64,000 nt of DNA from an uncultured delta proteobacterium (GTDB lineage: Bacteria; Myxococcota_A; UBA9160; SZUA-336), in NCBI GenBank assembly GCA_963704165.1, contig CAVPHD010000001.1, positions 500,607 through 564,606 of the forward strand, written 5' to 3'. A program made the translations under genes and the position numbers. The notes beneath the pieces were generated by a model that did no database searches, had not been told where the DNA came from, and was given only the letters and a program-made list of their open reading frames with translations. Shown one piece after another: positions 20,664-32,988 of this stretch. Positions within the stretch are counted from its first letter, which is position 1, and every line of letters starts with the position of its first letter.

Positions 20664-22064
20664 ATGGCCGAATCCAAGAGCTCCAAGACCTGGGGCGGGC
20701 GTTTTGCGAAGCCCACGGATCCGCGCATGGAGCGCTTCTCGGCGTCCGTGCACGTGGACGGGCGGCTTTGGGCGCAGGACGTGCGCGGAAGCGTCGCGCA
20801 CGCGCGCATGCTCGCCAGCCAGGGAATCATCAGCAGCGCCGAAGGCGAGCAGCTCGTGAAGGGCCTCGAGCAGATCGCGCTCGAGTTCGAGGCCGGAACG
20901 CTGACGCTCGACCCGGTGCTCGAAGACGTCCACACGAACATCGAGCGGCGGCTCGGCGAGCTCGTCGGACCCCTCGCGGGCAAGCTGCACACGGGGCGCA
21001 GCCGCAATGACCAGATCGCGCTCGACCTCTTGCTCTGGATGCGCGAGCAGATCGGCGTCGTGCTCGGCGCGCTGGCCGGGCTGCGCGGGATTCTGGTGGA
21101 GCGGGCCAGCCGCGAGGTCGACGTCGTTCTGCCCGGCTACACGCATCTGCAACGGGCACAGCCGGTGCGGCTCGCACACCACTGGCTCGCACACTACGAG
21201 GCTCTGACGCGCGACGCGGGCCGGCTCCGCGACGCGCGCGCGCGCATGTCGCGCTCGCCGCTCGGCGCGGGAGCGCTCGCCGGCAGCACGTTGCCCATCG
21301 ACCGCGAGAGCACGGCGCTCGAGCTCGGATTCGACGCGCCGACCCGCAATACGCTCGACTCCGTTTCGGCGCGCGACGCCGCGCTCGAGCTTCTCGCCGC
21401 GCTCGCCATCACGATGGTCCACCTCTCGCGCTTGTGCGAGGAGCTCGTGCTCTGGAGCTCGGCCGAGTTCGGCTTCGTCGAACTCGACGACGCCTTCTCG
21501 ACCGGCTCGAGCCTGATGCCGCAGAAGAAGAACCCCGACGCCGCCGAGCTCGTGCGCGGTAAATCCGGTCGGGTGATCGGCGACCTGGTGAGTCTGCTCG
21601 TGACGATGAAGGGCCTGCCGCTCTCGTACAATCGCGACATGCAGGAGGACAAGGAGCCGGTGATCGACGCCGTCGATACCACCCGCACCTGCCTCGAGGT
21701 GCTGACGGCGGTCCTTGGCAGTCTGCGAGTGAACGCCGCGATCATGGAACGCGCCGCGAGCGATCCGATGCTGATCGCGACCGACCTCGCCGATCATCTG
21801 GTGCTCTCCGGCGTACCGTTTCGCGAGGCGCACGGAATCGTCAGCAGCGTGGTCGCGCACGCCATTGCCTCGGGCGTGCCGCTCTCGGCGCTCTCGCGCA
21901 CGACGCTGCACTCGTTCCATCCCGCGCTCGACATCGAACCCGCGGAGTTCTTCCGCGTCGAGCGCTCACTCGAAGCGCGCCACGAGCCTGGCGCACCGTC
22001 CCGTGCTCGCGTCCTCGAGGCGATCGCCGCGTCGCGCGCAGAGCTGGCGGCGGAAACGACATGA
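20664..22064 (+). CDS. argH: argininosuccinate lyase
   Basis: Met86 of track ORF 20409..22064: MAESKSSKTWGGRFAKPTD...VRGSVAHARML...TGRSRNDQ...GYTHLQRAQP...GSSLMPQKKNPDAAE. Confidence 0.92.
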   Translation: MAESKSSKTWGGRFAKPTDPRMERFSASVHVDGRLWAQDVRGSVAHARMLASQGIISSAEGEQLVKGLEQIALEFEAGTLTLDPVLEDVHTNIERRLGELVGPLAGKLHTGRSRNDQIALDLLLWMREQIGVVLGALAGLRGILVERASREVDVVLPGYTHLQRAQPVRLAHHWLAHYEALTRDAGRLRDARARMSRSPLGAGALAGSTLPIDRESTALELGFDAPTRNTLDSVSARDAALELLAALAITMVHLSRLCEELVLWSSAEFGFVELDDAFSTGSSLMPQKKNPDAAELVRGKSGRVIGDLVSLLVTMKGLPLSYNRDMQEDKEPVIDAVDTTRTCLEVLTAVLGSLRVNAAIMERAASDPMLIATDLADHLVLSGVPFREAHGIVSSVVAHAIASGVPLSALSRTTLHSFHPALDIEPAEFFRVERSLEARHEPGAPSRARVLEAIAASRAELAAETT

Positions 22065-22252
22065 TCCGCGCCTGCGTCATCACGCTCGCACTCGTTGCCG
22101 TCGCCGCGTGCGGCAGGTACGGCCCGCCGGTGCGCGAGTCCGGCGCGAGCCGGGCGGAGAAGGCCGCCGTGTCCTCGGCTCCCGCGGAAGCCGACACCGA
22201 GGCGTGTCCAGATCCGAACTCGCCCGCGCCGGGCACCCGGACGACCCCGTGA
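22061..22252 (+). CDS. small lipoprotein (LptM/YifL-like position upstream of dapF)
   Basis: MIRACVITLALVAVAACGRYGPP... has a lipobox (VAAC). The ATG overlaps the argH stop and its own stop overlaps the dapF GTG. A small lipoprotein gene directly 5' of dapF is a common arrangement. Confidence 0.6.
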   Translation: MIRACVITLALVAVAACGRYGPPVRESGASRAEKAAVSSAPAEADTEACPDPNSPAPGTRTTP

Positions 22253-23097
22253 GCGCGTCGGCGACGATCCGATTCGCGAAGATGCACGGAGCCGGGAACG
22301 ACCTGATCGTCATCGATTGCCTCGCGGGCGATCCGGTCTCCGACTGGGCGAGCTTCGCGCGCTTCGCACTCGACCGCCGGCTCGGGATCGGTGGCGACCA
22401 GCTTCTGCTCGTCCGGCCGTCCCGTGACGCGGACTTCGCGATGGCGATCCGCAACGCGGACGGAAGCCAGGCCGAGATGTGCGCGAACGGGATCCGCGCG
22501 TTCGCGAAGTACGTGCGCGACCGGGGTCTCACCACGAAGGATGCGATTCGCGTCGAGACGCTCGCGGGGATCGTCACGCCGCGCTGGCTCGGCGACGATC
22601 AGGTCGAGGTCGAAATGACCCGGCCCGTGCTCGAGCCGACGAAGATCCCGACGCTCCTGCGCGGCGATGCGCCCTTGATCGATGTTCCGCTCGAGGTCGG
22701 TGGCGAAGAGCTGCGGGTCTGCGCCGTGGGAATGGGCAATCCCCACTGCGTGGTCTTCGTCGACGATCCGGAGTCGTTCCCGGTCGAGCGGCTCGGCAAG
22801 CTGATCGAGCACCATCCGGCATTCCCCGAACGCGTGAACGTGGAGTTCGTCGGCGTGCGCTCGCGAACCGAGTTGGTGCAGCGCACCTGGGAGCGCGGGT
22901 CCGGCGAGACGCTTGCGTGTGGCAGCGGGGCGTGCGCGGTCGGTGTCGCGGCGGTGCTCTCGGGCCGTGCGGAGCGCGACGTACGGATCGAATTGCGCGG
23001 CGGGGTCTTGCGCATTCGGTGGCCCGAGGACGACGGTCCGGTGTTCATGACGGGCCCGGCGGCCCACGTCTTCGACGGAGAACTCAGATGGCCTTGA
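22249..23097 (+). CDS. dapF: diaminopimelate epimerase
   Basis: GTG at 22249 within track ORF 21865..23097: VSASATIRFAKMHGAGNDLIVID...GSQAEMCANGIR...MGNPHCV...ERGSGETLACGSGACA. Both catalytic Cys motifs are present. Confidence 0.9.
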   Translation: MSASATIRFAKMHGAGNDLIVIDCLAGDPVSDWASFARFALDRRLGIGGDQLLLVRPSRDADFAMAIRNADGSQAEMCANGIRAFAKYVRDRGLTTKDAIRVETLAGIVTPRWLGDDQVEVEMTRPVLEPTKIPTLLRGDAPLIDVPLEVGGEELRVCAVGMGNPHCVVFVDDPESFPVERLGKLIEHHPAFPERVNVEFVGVRSRTELVQRTWERGSGETLACGSGACAVGVAAVLSGRAERDVRIELRGGVLRIRWPEDDGPVFMTGPAAHVFDGELRWP

Positions 23098-23975
23098 ATC
23101 TGTCCGGAGCGTTCACGGCGCTCGTCACGCCGTTTCACGCCGACGGCTCGCTCGACCTCGACGCGCTCGCGCGTTTCGTCGAGTGGCAGATCGAGGGCGG
23201 CGTCTCGGGTCTGGTTCCCTGCGGCAGCACCGGCGAGTCGGCCACGCTGACGCCCGAGGAGCACATGCGCGTGGTTCGGCACGTCGTCGAGGTCGCCGCG
23301 AAGCGCGTGCCGGTCATCGCGGGCACGGGCTCGAACTCGACGCGCGAGGCGATCGAGCTCACGTCGGCAGCGCGGAGCGCCGGCGCCGACGCGGCGCTCC
23401 TGATCTCGCCCTACTACAACAAGCCCACGCAAGAGGGCATCTACCAGCACTACCGAATGGTGGCCATCGAGAGCGGGCTTCCGATCGTCCTCTACAACAT
23501 CCCCGGGCGAACCGCGTCGCGGATCGATCCCGAGACCACGGCGCGGCTTTCGCGCGTCCCGGGCGTCGTCGGACTGAAGGAGTGCGGTGGCGACTTCGCC
23601 GCGACGGCCGAGACGATCCAAGCGGTCGCGCCGGGCTTCTCCGTGGTCTCCGGCGACGACCCGCTGACGCTGCCGCTGCTCGCGATCGGTGCGCGCGGAG
23701 TGATCTCGACGGTCGCGAACGTCGCGCCGCGAGAGGTCTGTGAACTCGTGCGCTCGTTCGACTCCGGTGACATCGCGAGCGCGCGAAGGCTGCACTACGA
23801 GCTGCTCTCGCTCACGCTCGCGCTCTTCGTCGAGACGAATCCGATCCCGGTGAAGACGGCACTCGCGATTCTGGGACGGATTCCTACCGCGACGCTGCGT
23901 CTGCCGCTGACGGCGATGGCCAAGAAGAACCGTGATCGCCTCGAAGCCGCGCTCGCCGAGCTGCCTCGCGCATGA
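23088..23975 (+). CDS. dapA: 4-hydroxy-tetrahydrodipicolinate synthase
   Basis: ATG 23088 within track ORF 22479..23975: MALNLSGAFTALVTPF...VPCGSTGESATLT...ISPYYNKPTQEG...LYNIPGRT...VVGLKECGG. Confidence 0.92.
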   Translation: MALNLSGAFTALVTPFHADGSLDLDALARFVEWQIEGGVSGLVPCGSTGESATLTPEEHMRVVRHVVEVAAKRVPVIAGTGSNSTREAIELTSAARSAGADAALLISPYYNKPTQEGIYQHYRMVAIESGLPIVLYNIPGRTASRIDPETTARLSRVPGVVGLKECGGDFAATAETIQAVAPGFSVVSGDDPLTLPLLAIGARGVISTVANVAPREVCELVRSFDSGDIASARRLHYELLSLTLALFVETNPIPVKTALAILGRIPTATLRLPLTAMAKKNRDRLEAALAELPRA

Positions 23976-24751
23976 TTCGGGTACTCGTCGTCGGTGCGGG
24001 CGGGCGCATGGGCGCAGCTCTTCAGCGCTTGATCGGCGCGTCGGATGATCTCGTGATCGGCGCAGCGCTCGAACACGCGTCGAGCCCGTCGCTCGGCCGA
24101 GAGGTCTCGCACGGCGTGAAGATCGGCGCCGACGTCCGGGCCGCCTGTGCGGTCGCGGACGTCGCGGTCGATTTCTCCTCGCCCGAATCGACCCTCGCGC
24201 TCGTCGAGGCCGCGGAAGCGCGTGGTCTGCCCCTCGTGATCGGAACGACGGGACTCGACGCCGCGGGAGAGAGGCGCATCGCGCAGGCCTCTTCGCGTTC
24301 GGGAATCGTGCGGGCGGCGAACTTCTCGATCGGCGTCACGGTTCTGCTCGATCTCGTCGCCGAGGCCGCGCGCCAGCTCGAAGGCTACGAGATCGACCTG
24401 CTCGAGATGCACCACGACCAGAAGCAGGATGCGCCGAGCGGAACGGCTCTCGCTCTTGCGCGCGAGGTGGCGGCTGCGCGCGGCCAGACGCTGGAACACT
24501 CGGTCGTGTACGCCCGTCAGGGGCGGACCGGCGTACGCGATCCGAAGAGCATCGGGATGCAGACGCTTCGGCTCGGCGACAGCGTCGGCGAGCACACGGT
24601 GTACTTCGCCGGACCCGGCGAACGGATCGAGCTGTCCCACCGCGCGCTCTCGCGCGAGAACTTCGCTGCCGGCGCTCTGCGCGCCGCGCGCTGGCTGATC
24701 GGCCGGGCGCCCGGTCTGTACACGATGCGCGACGTGCTCCGACCCTCGTGA
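23972..24751 (+). CDS. dapB: 4-hydroxy-tetrahydrodipicolinate reductase
   Basis: MIRVLVVGAGGRMG...DFSSPE...PLVIGTTG...ANFSIGV...DLLEMHHDQKQDAPSGTA. The ATG overlaps the dapA stop. Confidence 0.92.
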   Translation: MIRVLVVGAGGRMGAALQRLIGASDDLVIGAALEHASSPSLGREVSHGVKIGADVRAACAVADVAVDFSSPESTLALVEAAEARGLPLVIGTTGLDAAGERRIAQASSRSGIVRAANFSIGVTVLLDLVAEAARQLEGYEIDLLEMHHDQKQDAPSGTALALAREVAAARGQTLEHSVVYARQGRTGVRDPKSIGMQTLRLGDSVGEHTVYFAGPGERIELSHRALSRENFAAGALRAARWLIGRAPGLYTMRDVLRPS

Positions 24752-26379
24752 TCCGGATCGATTCGGTCTCGAAGCGGCACGGCGCCCAGATCCTCTTCCT
24801 CGAGGCCTCGGCGGCCGTCAACCGCGGCGAGAAGATCGGGCTGGTCGGTCCGAACGGCGCCGGCAAGACGACGATCTTCCGGCTGATCACCCGCGAGGAG
24901 CTTCCGGACGACGGACAGGTCGCGATCGATCGCGGCCTCACGATCGGGTACTTCAGCCAGGACGTCGGCGAGATGAAGGGCATGAGCGTGCTCGAGGCCA
25001 CGCTCGACGGCGCGGGTCCGGTTTCCGCGGCCGCCCACGCGCTGCACGAGCTCGAGCACGCGCTCGCCGACCCCGAGCGTTCAGACGAGATGGAATCGCT
25101 GATCGAGCGCTTCGGCGAGGCGCAATCCCGCTTCGAATCCCTGGGCGGCTACGGCCTCGAGGCGCGCGCGCGAACCGTGCTCGCTGGGCTCGGCTTCGGT
25201 TCGCAACAGGTGGATGGCGACGTCGGTGCGCTCTCGGGAGGCTGGAAGATGCGCGTCGGGCTGGCGCGCATTCTCGTGATGGAACCGGACGCGCTGCTCC
25301 TCGACGAGCCGACGAACCATCTCGATCTCGAATCGATCCTCTGGCTCGAGGGCTGGCTCGAGGCGTTCGAAGGCGCGGTCGTGATGACCTCGCACGATCG
25401 CGAGTTCCTGAACCGCATGGTCGCAAAGATCATCGAGATCGACGGCGGCGAGCTGATCACGCATTCGGGGAACTACGACTTCTACGAGCGCCAGCGCGCG
25501 CTCGCCGAACGCGGGCAAGCAGCCCAGTACGCGCGCCAGCAAGCGATGCTCGCCAAGGAAGAGGCCTTCATCGCGCGCTTCAAGGCGCGCGCCAGTCACG
25601 CGTCGCAGGTGCAGTCTCGCGTGAAGAAGCTCGAGAAGATCGAGAAGGTATCGGCGCCCAAACGCCGCGAGACACTCGAATTCTCGTTCTCGCCGTCGCC
25701 GCGGTCGGGCGACGACGTCGCGAGGCTCTCGGGTATCCGCAAGGCGTATGGGGAGCGCGTCGTCTTCGACGGCTTCGACCTCTTGATCCGCCGCGGTGAA
25801 CGTTGGTGCGTGATGGGCGCGAATGGCGCGGGCAAATCGACGCTGCTCGAGATCGTCGCGGGCGCTCGCGCTCCCGACCTCGGTTCCGCGGTTCTCGGCG
25901 CGAGCGTGAAGCTCGGCTTCTTCGCGCAGCACTCGATGGAGCTGCTCGAGGCCGACGAGAGCGTCTGGCAGACGCTCGAGCACGCCTTTCCCAAGGCATC
26001 GATCGGTTCGCTGCGCGCGCTCGCCGCGGGCTTCGGGTTCCCGGGAGACGACGTCGAGAAGCGCTGTCGCCTGCTCTCCGGCGGCGAGAAAGTCCGTCTC
26101 GTGATGGCGCGGATGCTCTACGATCCGCCGAACTTCCTCGTCCTCGACGAACCGACCAATCACCTCGACCTGCCGACGAAGGAGATGCTGATCAAGGCTC
26201 TCGGTGATTTCGAGGGCACGCTGCTCATGGTGTCGCACGACCGGCACTTCCTGTCGGCGCTCACGAATCGGGTCCTCGAGCTCGGCAGCGACGGTCCACG
26301 GCCGTACGGGTCGGGCTATGCCGACTACGTCGTCGCGAGCGGTCACGAGGCGCCGGGAATGCGGGCCCCTCTACCCTGA
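24748..26379 (+). CDS. ABC-F family ATPase (two ABC domains, no TM domain)
   Basis: Two Walker A motifs ([18 protein letters not shown]), two signature motifs (LSGGWKMRV, LSGGEKVRL), and an inter-domain linker with QQAMLAKEEAFIARFKARASHASQVQSRVKKLEK. The GTG overlaps the dapB stop. Confidence 0.88.
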   Translation: MIRIDSVSKRHGAQILFLEASAAVNRGEKIGLVGPNGAGKTTIFRLITREELPDDGQVAIDRGLTIGYFSQDVGEMKGMSVLEATLDGAGPVSAAAHALHELEHALADPERSDEMESLIERFGEAQSRFESLGGYGLEARARTVLAGLGFGSQQVDGDVGALSGGWKMRVGLARILVMEPDALLLDEPTNHLDLESILWLEGWLEAFEGAVVMTSHDREFLNRMVAKIIEIDGGELITHSGNYDFYERQRALAERGQAAQYARQQAMLAKEEAFIARFKARASHASQVQSRVKKLEKIEKVSAPKRRETLEFSFSPSPRSGDDVARLSGIRKAYGERVVFDGFDLLIRRGERWCVMGANGAGKSTLLEIVAGARAPDLGSAVLGASVKLGFFAQHSMELLEADESVWQTLEHAFPKASIGSLRALAAGFGFPGDDVEKRCRLLSGGEKVRLVMARMLYDPPNFLVLDEPTNHLDLPTKEMLIKALGDFEGTLLMVSHDRHFLSALTNRVLELGSDGPRPYGSGYADYVVASGHEAPGMRAPLP

Positions 26380-26400
26380 CTCACACCGTCAGCGATCGCA

Positions 26401-28478
26401 GTGCACTCGAAGCCGCTCTTGCTTCGATCTCCAGTTTCGCGACGAAACGCCGACGCGAGATCGATGCCGACCGGTCGATCGACAGAGCCGAAGTGGCGAA
26501 CGAGCCTCGCCACGCTCACGGCCTACAGCCGGGCGCTCGACTACCACGCTTTGATCACGGTCACGGATCTGCGGGGACGGATCACACATGCAAACGATCT
26601 GGCGTGCCGGATCAGCGGGTACGAGCGGGCGGAGCTGATCGGGAACGACCATCGCATCTTGAACTCCGGCCGGCACCCGAAGCTCTTCTGGTCGGAGATG
26701 TGGGCGACGATCGTCCGAGGCGAGACGTGGCGGGGTGAGGTCTGCAACAAGGCGAAGGACGGCTCGCTCTACTGGGTGGACACGACGATCGGTCCCGTGC
26801 GCGGTGCCGACGAGAGCATCGCCGGATACATCTCCGTCCGAATCCTGGTCACCGACCGCAAGCGCGCCGAGAAGGCTCTGGCCGAGAGCGAGGCCAAGTT
26901 CCGAGCCCTCGCCGAGGGCACCGGCGTGATCCTCTGGGAGTACGACCTGTCCGCACACGCGCTCAGCTACGTCTCCCCCCAGGCCGCTTCGCTGGGGTAT
27001 CCGCTCGATCGCCACTTCGAGCCGGGCTTCTGGGAGTCGGTCGTCCACCCGGACGACCGCGAGCAGATGATGGCGTCCCGTCGAGCGCTGATTCAGGAGC
27101 AGACCGATCTTCGAATGCAGTACCGGATCGTCTGGGCCGACGGCTCCGTCCACTGGTTGGACGACGCCGTGTCGGTGACCGTCGTGGGGGGCAAGGTGAC
27201 TACACTTCGGGGTGTCATCATGGACATCACCGAATCGCGACAGCAGAGAGAGGAGCTCGCGCGAGCGCGCGACGCGGCAGAGGCGGCCAGCCGCTCCAAG
27301 ACCGAGTTCCTCGCGAACATGAGCCACGAGATCCGCACGCCGATGACGGCGATCCTCGGCTATGCGGATCTGCTCCGTGACGAAGGTGAAGTGGGCCGGT
27401 CGTCGGCACTGCGGCTCGAGATCATCGAAACGATCAGCCGCGCCGGCCAGCACCTGATGAGCATCCTCGACGACATCCTCGATCTGTCCAAGATCGAGGC
27501 GAACAAGGTCGCGACTGAGAATATCGAGACGCCGCTCGCGCAACTCCTCGTGGACGTGAAGAGCCTCGTGCAGCAACGGGCGGTCGAGAAGGGCGTGACG
27601 GTGAACCTCCGCCTCGAGCCCGCACTTCCGGAGCGAGTTCTCTCCGACCCGACCCGACTGCGGCAGATCTTGATCAATCTCTCTGGCAACGCGGTGAAAT
27701 TCACCGAGAGCGGGTCCGTGACGATCGCCGCCCGCGCCGAAGACCGCGACGGCCAATCCCGCCTGATCATCGACGTCGAGGACACGGGTCGCGGTCTGAC
27801 ACCTCCCGAAGCGGAGCGGCTCTTCAACGCATTCGCGCAGGCCGACGGGACGATGACGCGAAAGTTCGGAGGCACGGGTCTGGGTCTGACGATCAGCCGC
27901 CGACTTGCGCGGCTGATGGGCGGCGATCTCTCGCTCGCCTGGAGCGAGCCGGGGCGAGGTTCGTGTTTCCGCCTCGATCTACCGCTGGAGCCCGTCCCCG
28001 GTGCGGGAGATCCGAGACGTCTCGAAGGCGAGCGCAGGCCACCGACGTCCGCAGCCAACCCGACGCCGATCTCGCTCTCGGGCCGAATCCTGGTCGCCGA
28101 GGACGGCGCGGACAACCGACGTCTGCTCGCGTTCCACCTCGAGAAAGCCGGAGCGCGCGTGGACCTCGCCGAGGATGGCGTGCAAGCGCTCGAGATGCTG
28201 ATCGAAGCCGAAATCGCCGGCGCGCCGTACGACCTGCTGCTCAGTGACATGCAGATGCCCGAGATGGACGGATTCACTTTGGTCCGCACGCTGCGCGGCC
28301 GGGGATCGACGCTGGCCGTCGTCGCCGTGACGGCCCACGCACTCTCCGAAGACCGGGAAGAGTGCATGTCCGCCGGCTGCGACGACTACACCGCCAAGCC
28401 CATCGACCGAGCGGCTCTGCTCGAGAAATGCGCCAGGTGGATCGGCAGGAAGAGCGCGAAAGCGCTCGTTCCGCCGTC

Positions 28479-28494
<16 letters not shown>
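26401..28494 (+). CDS. PAS/PAC hybrid sensor histidine kinase with a C-terminal receiver (alternative ATG start at 26464)
   Basis: Two PAS/PAC modules (…[27 protein letters not shown]…; …WEYDLSAH…[15 protein letters not shown]), an H-box ([23 protein letters not shown]), N/G boxes ([28 protein letters not shown]), and a receiver ([13 protein letters not shown]...[13 protein letters not shown]...TAKP). Confidence 0.88.
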
Positions 28495-29908
<1,414 letters not shown>

Positions 29909-29934
29909 CTCTTCCTCTCTGACGATCCAGTTGC

Positions 29935-30298
<364 letters not shown>

Positions 30299-30427
30299 TC
30301 AATTAGCAAGCCTTATACCATACGATCCGGCGCGCTTCGCACGCCCCCGATCGATCCGCGCCGAAGGGCTGCGCAGGACCCGGGCAGCCTTGCCCGATTC
30401 CCACGCAGCCGACGTTTGGAGCCTTCC

Positions 30428-31756
30428 CTAGTCGAAGATGTACGCGACGTTGATGATCCCGTAGAGGTCGCCGTCGGCGGAGCCACCTCCCTGCGGGAAC
30501 ACGTCATCGGTCCAATCGTCCGTGTTGTAGGTGTCGTACCGGACCTCGAAACGCGTGAGCAGGTTCGGGGTCAGCTTGTAGCCGAGCGTGCCGGTGAGCG
30601 AGTAGGCCATCGTGTCCTGACCCGGGAACATCCGGTAGCCGTCGCTGTCGCGGAAGACCTCGCCACGCACCGCGAGGCTCGTCTTCTCGTCGAAGGTGTA
30701 CTGGCTGCCGACCGAGGCGCCGTACCACTGGGCGTTTCGGGTGCTGCCAACTCCCTGTGGCCCGTCGGTGAAGGACACATCCTTCTGCATGCCCCAATCC
30801 AGGTTCCACCAGAGCGTGAGCTCCTCGCACGCGGCATAGGTGGCCGTCCAGTCGATGACGGTGGCGCGGTCGGTGTTGAAGTTCACCACGTCCTGGCCGG
30901 CAAAGCCCGTGTTCCCGTCCGAGCCATAGTAGGTGGTCAGGGCGGTGCTGAACGGGCCGCTCGCGTAGTTGAGCTGCCCGAGCACGCCCTTGTTGTCGTT
31001 CGTATCGGTGGCGTTGTTCCAGCCGTTCGCGACCGCGAGCGCCCAGCCCCATTCCTCGTTGAAGCTGCTGCTCGCGACCAGACCCGTGTGCACGAGCGGG
31101 ATCGCGTAGGTGAAGAGCAGGCCCTGCGTGACGTTTCGGTTCGAGACCGTGTCGATCACCTCGGAACCGAGGAGTGTCTCCCACTTGCCGAACTTCATGA
31201 CCACGTCGTTCCAGTTGTACGAGGCGTACATTTCCTGGACGTAGACGAAGTTGTCGGAAGCCCATCCATCGGTGTTGAAGCGGTAGCCGCCGAGGATGCC
31301 GCCGTCGTCGCCGAACATCAGATCGATCTGGAAGCCGGCCTCGCCCGGGGACGCGGCCTCCCGCCCGATCTCGATCTTCGCCGCGTCGAGCGCGAACGTG
31401 TTGTGATCGAGGTTGAACTGGTTGACCGACTGCGAATAGCTCGGATCGTCGGGGTTGTTGTTGTTGTAGACGTACGACGCCGAGACGAACCCACCCATGT
31501 CGACCGTGTCGAAGAACGCATCGAGCGCGCTCGGCTCGCTGCCTGCGGACACGGCAGGGGTTGCTCGACTGTTGAGCACCTCCTGCTGCGCGGCCACGGT
31601 CTGTTCGCTCGCCGCGAGCTTGTCTTCGAGCTGCGTCATGCGCTGTTCCATCGCCGCAAAGCGTGCATCCGAGGCGGCGTCCGCGAGCGCCGGACTCGGC
31701 GAAAAGCACAACAATGCCGCGACGATCGCGGACTGGGTTCCGGTTCTTCGAGTCAT
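30428..31756 (-). CDS. outer-membrane beta-barrel porin with an N-terminal coiled-coil segment
   Basis: Met21 of track ORF 30428..31816. It has a signal peptide (MTRRTGTQSAIVAALLCFSPSPALA), a heptad-like stretch (RFAAMEQRMTQLEDKLAASEQTVAAQQEVL), then alternating aromatic/Gly beta-strand patterning that ends in ...GIINVAYIFD. Confidence 0.7.
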   Translation of the reverse strand: MTRRTGTQSAIVAALLCFSPSPALADAASDARFAAMEQRMTQLEDKLAASEQTVAAQQEVLNSRATPAVSAGSEPSALDAFFDTVDMGGFVSASYVYNNNNPDDPSYSQSVNQFNLDHNTFALDAAKIEIGREAASPGEAGFQIDLMFGDDGGILGGYRFNTDGWASDNFVYVQEMYASYNWNDVVMKFGKWETLLGSEVIDTVSNRNVTQGLLFTYAIPLVHTGLVASSSFNEEWGWALAVANGWNNATDTNDNKGVLGQLNYASGPFSTALTTYYGSDGNTGFAGQDVVNFNTDRATVIDWTATYAACEELTLWWNLDWGMQKDVSFTDGPQGVGSTRNAQWYGASVGSQYTFDEKTSLAVRGEVFRDSDGYRMFPGQDTMAYSLTGTLGYKLTPNLLTRFEVRYDTYNTDDWTDDVFPQGGGSADGDLYGIINVAYIFD

Positions 31757-31819
31757 CACGCTCCCTCCGATCAGCGAACCGCCGCATTGCGGCCGCGAGT
31801 GTGTCGGCGAGGGCACTTG

Positions 31820-31835
31820 TGCAACGGGCGTGCCG
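31820..31835 (-). promoter_or_regulatory. sigma-54 (-24/-12) promoter for porin-glnB-glnA
   Basis: The minus strand reads CGGCACGCCCGTTGCA, against the consensus TGGCACG-N4-TTGCW. The GG and GC are correctly spaced. It lies 64 nt upstream of the porin ATG (31756) and directly after the stop of the upstream gene. Confidence 0.65.
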
Positions 31836-32492
31836 TCAGCGCGGAAGGATTTCGCGGAGCCGCTCGAGCGTGTGCGGAGTCCGAAGCGGCTCGAGATCGG
31901 GCACGAGCCGAAGCAGGTCTTCGAACGTGTCCACGTCGTAGTGCGCGGGCAAGAGCTCGACCCTCAGGCCGAGCGCGCGCGCCCGTGCGAGCGTCTGGCC
32001 GAGCACGTCTGAACGCGAGAGCTCGAGATCGAAGAGCGGATCGCATCCGCCGCGAAGCCCGATCAGGTTGTATCCACCGTCGCGATCGGGGCAGAGCACG
32101 ATCTCGGAGTGGTCGAGCGCAGCGAACGCTTCGGACACGCGCTCGGCCGGCAGCGTCGGGCTATCGGTTCCTCTCAACACGATCCGGTCGAATCCCTCGG
32201 CTTGGTGACGGCGGAAGAGCTCTCCCATTCGCGCCGCGAGGTCGGGACCCGTCTGCGGCAGCAGCCGCCAGCCCGCGCGCGTGAAGCGCTCGAACCATTC
32301 GCGTGCGCCGACGGGCGAGAACCAGATCGCGCGTTCGCAGTCGCGCTCGGTCGCGTGCTGTTCGACAATGTCGAGCAGCATGGCCTCGTACAGTCGCGCC
32401 GCGTTCTCGAGCGAGATCGCGGGTGCGAGGCGGGTCTTCACCTGGCCCGCAACGGGCGCCTTGGCGAAGAGCGTGAGAATCCGCCGCGACAT
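31836..32492 (-). CDS. DUF2064/TIGR04282-type (MobA-like fold) transferase
   Basis: MSRRILTLFAKAPVAGQVKTRLAP...LLDIV...GPDLAARMG...VLRGTDSPTLP...LCPDRDGGYNLIGL. The N-terminal xFAKAPxxGxVKTRL pattern is characteristic of this family, as I remember it. Confidence 0.65.
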   Translation of the reverse strand: MSRRILTLFAKAPVAGQVKTRLAPAISLENAARLYEAMLLDIVEQHATERDCERAIWFSPVGAREWFERFTRAGWRLLPQTGPDLAARMGELFRRHQAEGFDRIVLRGTDSPTLPAERVSEAFAALDHSEIVLCPDRDGGYNLIGLRGGCDPLFDLELSRSDVLGQTLARARALGLRVELLPAHYDVDTFEDLLRLVPDLEPLRTPHTLERLREILPR

Positions 32493-32514
32493 GGGCGGAT
32501 GATACGGAGGGGAT

Positions 32515-32988
32515 TTGAGAGCGTCGCTGGCTTCGATCGCTGCACTCGCGATTTCGATCGCGGTCTCCGGATGCGGACCGTCGGACGAAGAGAAGTCCTC
32601 GGCGGCCCAAGCGACCGAGGAGCGGCTCGATCAAGTGCTTCGCGATGTCGTCGATGCGATCCAGGCGAAGCAGCCGGCCTTCATCATGGACCACGTCGCG
32701 GAGGAGTTCGTGGACGAGGGGGGTCTCGACTACTTCGGCGTCCGCTCGCTGGTCGAGGCGTACGCATTCCGCGACGAGGAGATCGGCGCACGGCTCGAGA
32801 GCGTCGAGATCACGCCGTCCGGAGAAGGCGAGCAGCACGTCGAGGCGCGCGTCGCCTTCACGGTCGGTCAGCGGATCCCGGAAGGTGCCGAGCTCCCGGC
32901 GGACGCGACGATCTATTCGTTCGAGGTCGTGTTCGAACTTCGCGCCACGCGTTGGCTGGCGGTTCGCGGCCGCTATCGGCGCGAGTAG
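32515..32988 (+). CDS. hypothetical lipoprotein
   Basis: MRASLASIAALAISIAVSGCGPSDEE... has a lipobox (VSGC), followed by an acidic ~130-aa domain. TTG start. Confidence 0.55.
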   Translation: MRASLASIAALAISIAVSGCGPSDEEKSSAAQATEERLDQVLRDVVDAIQAKQPAFIMDHVAEEFVDEGGLDYFGVRSLVEAYAFRDEEIGARLESVEITPSGEGEQHVEARVAFTVGQRIPEGAELPADATIYSFEVVFELRATRWLAVRGRYRRE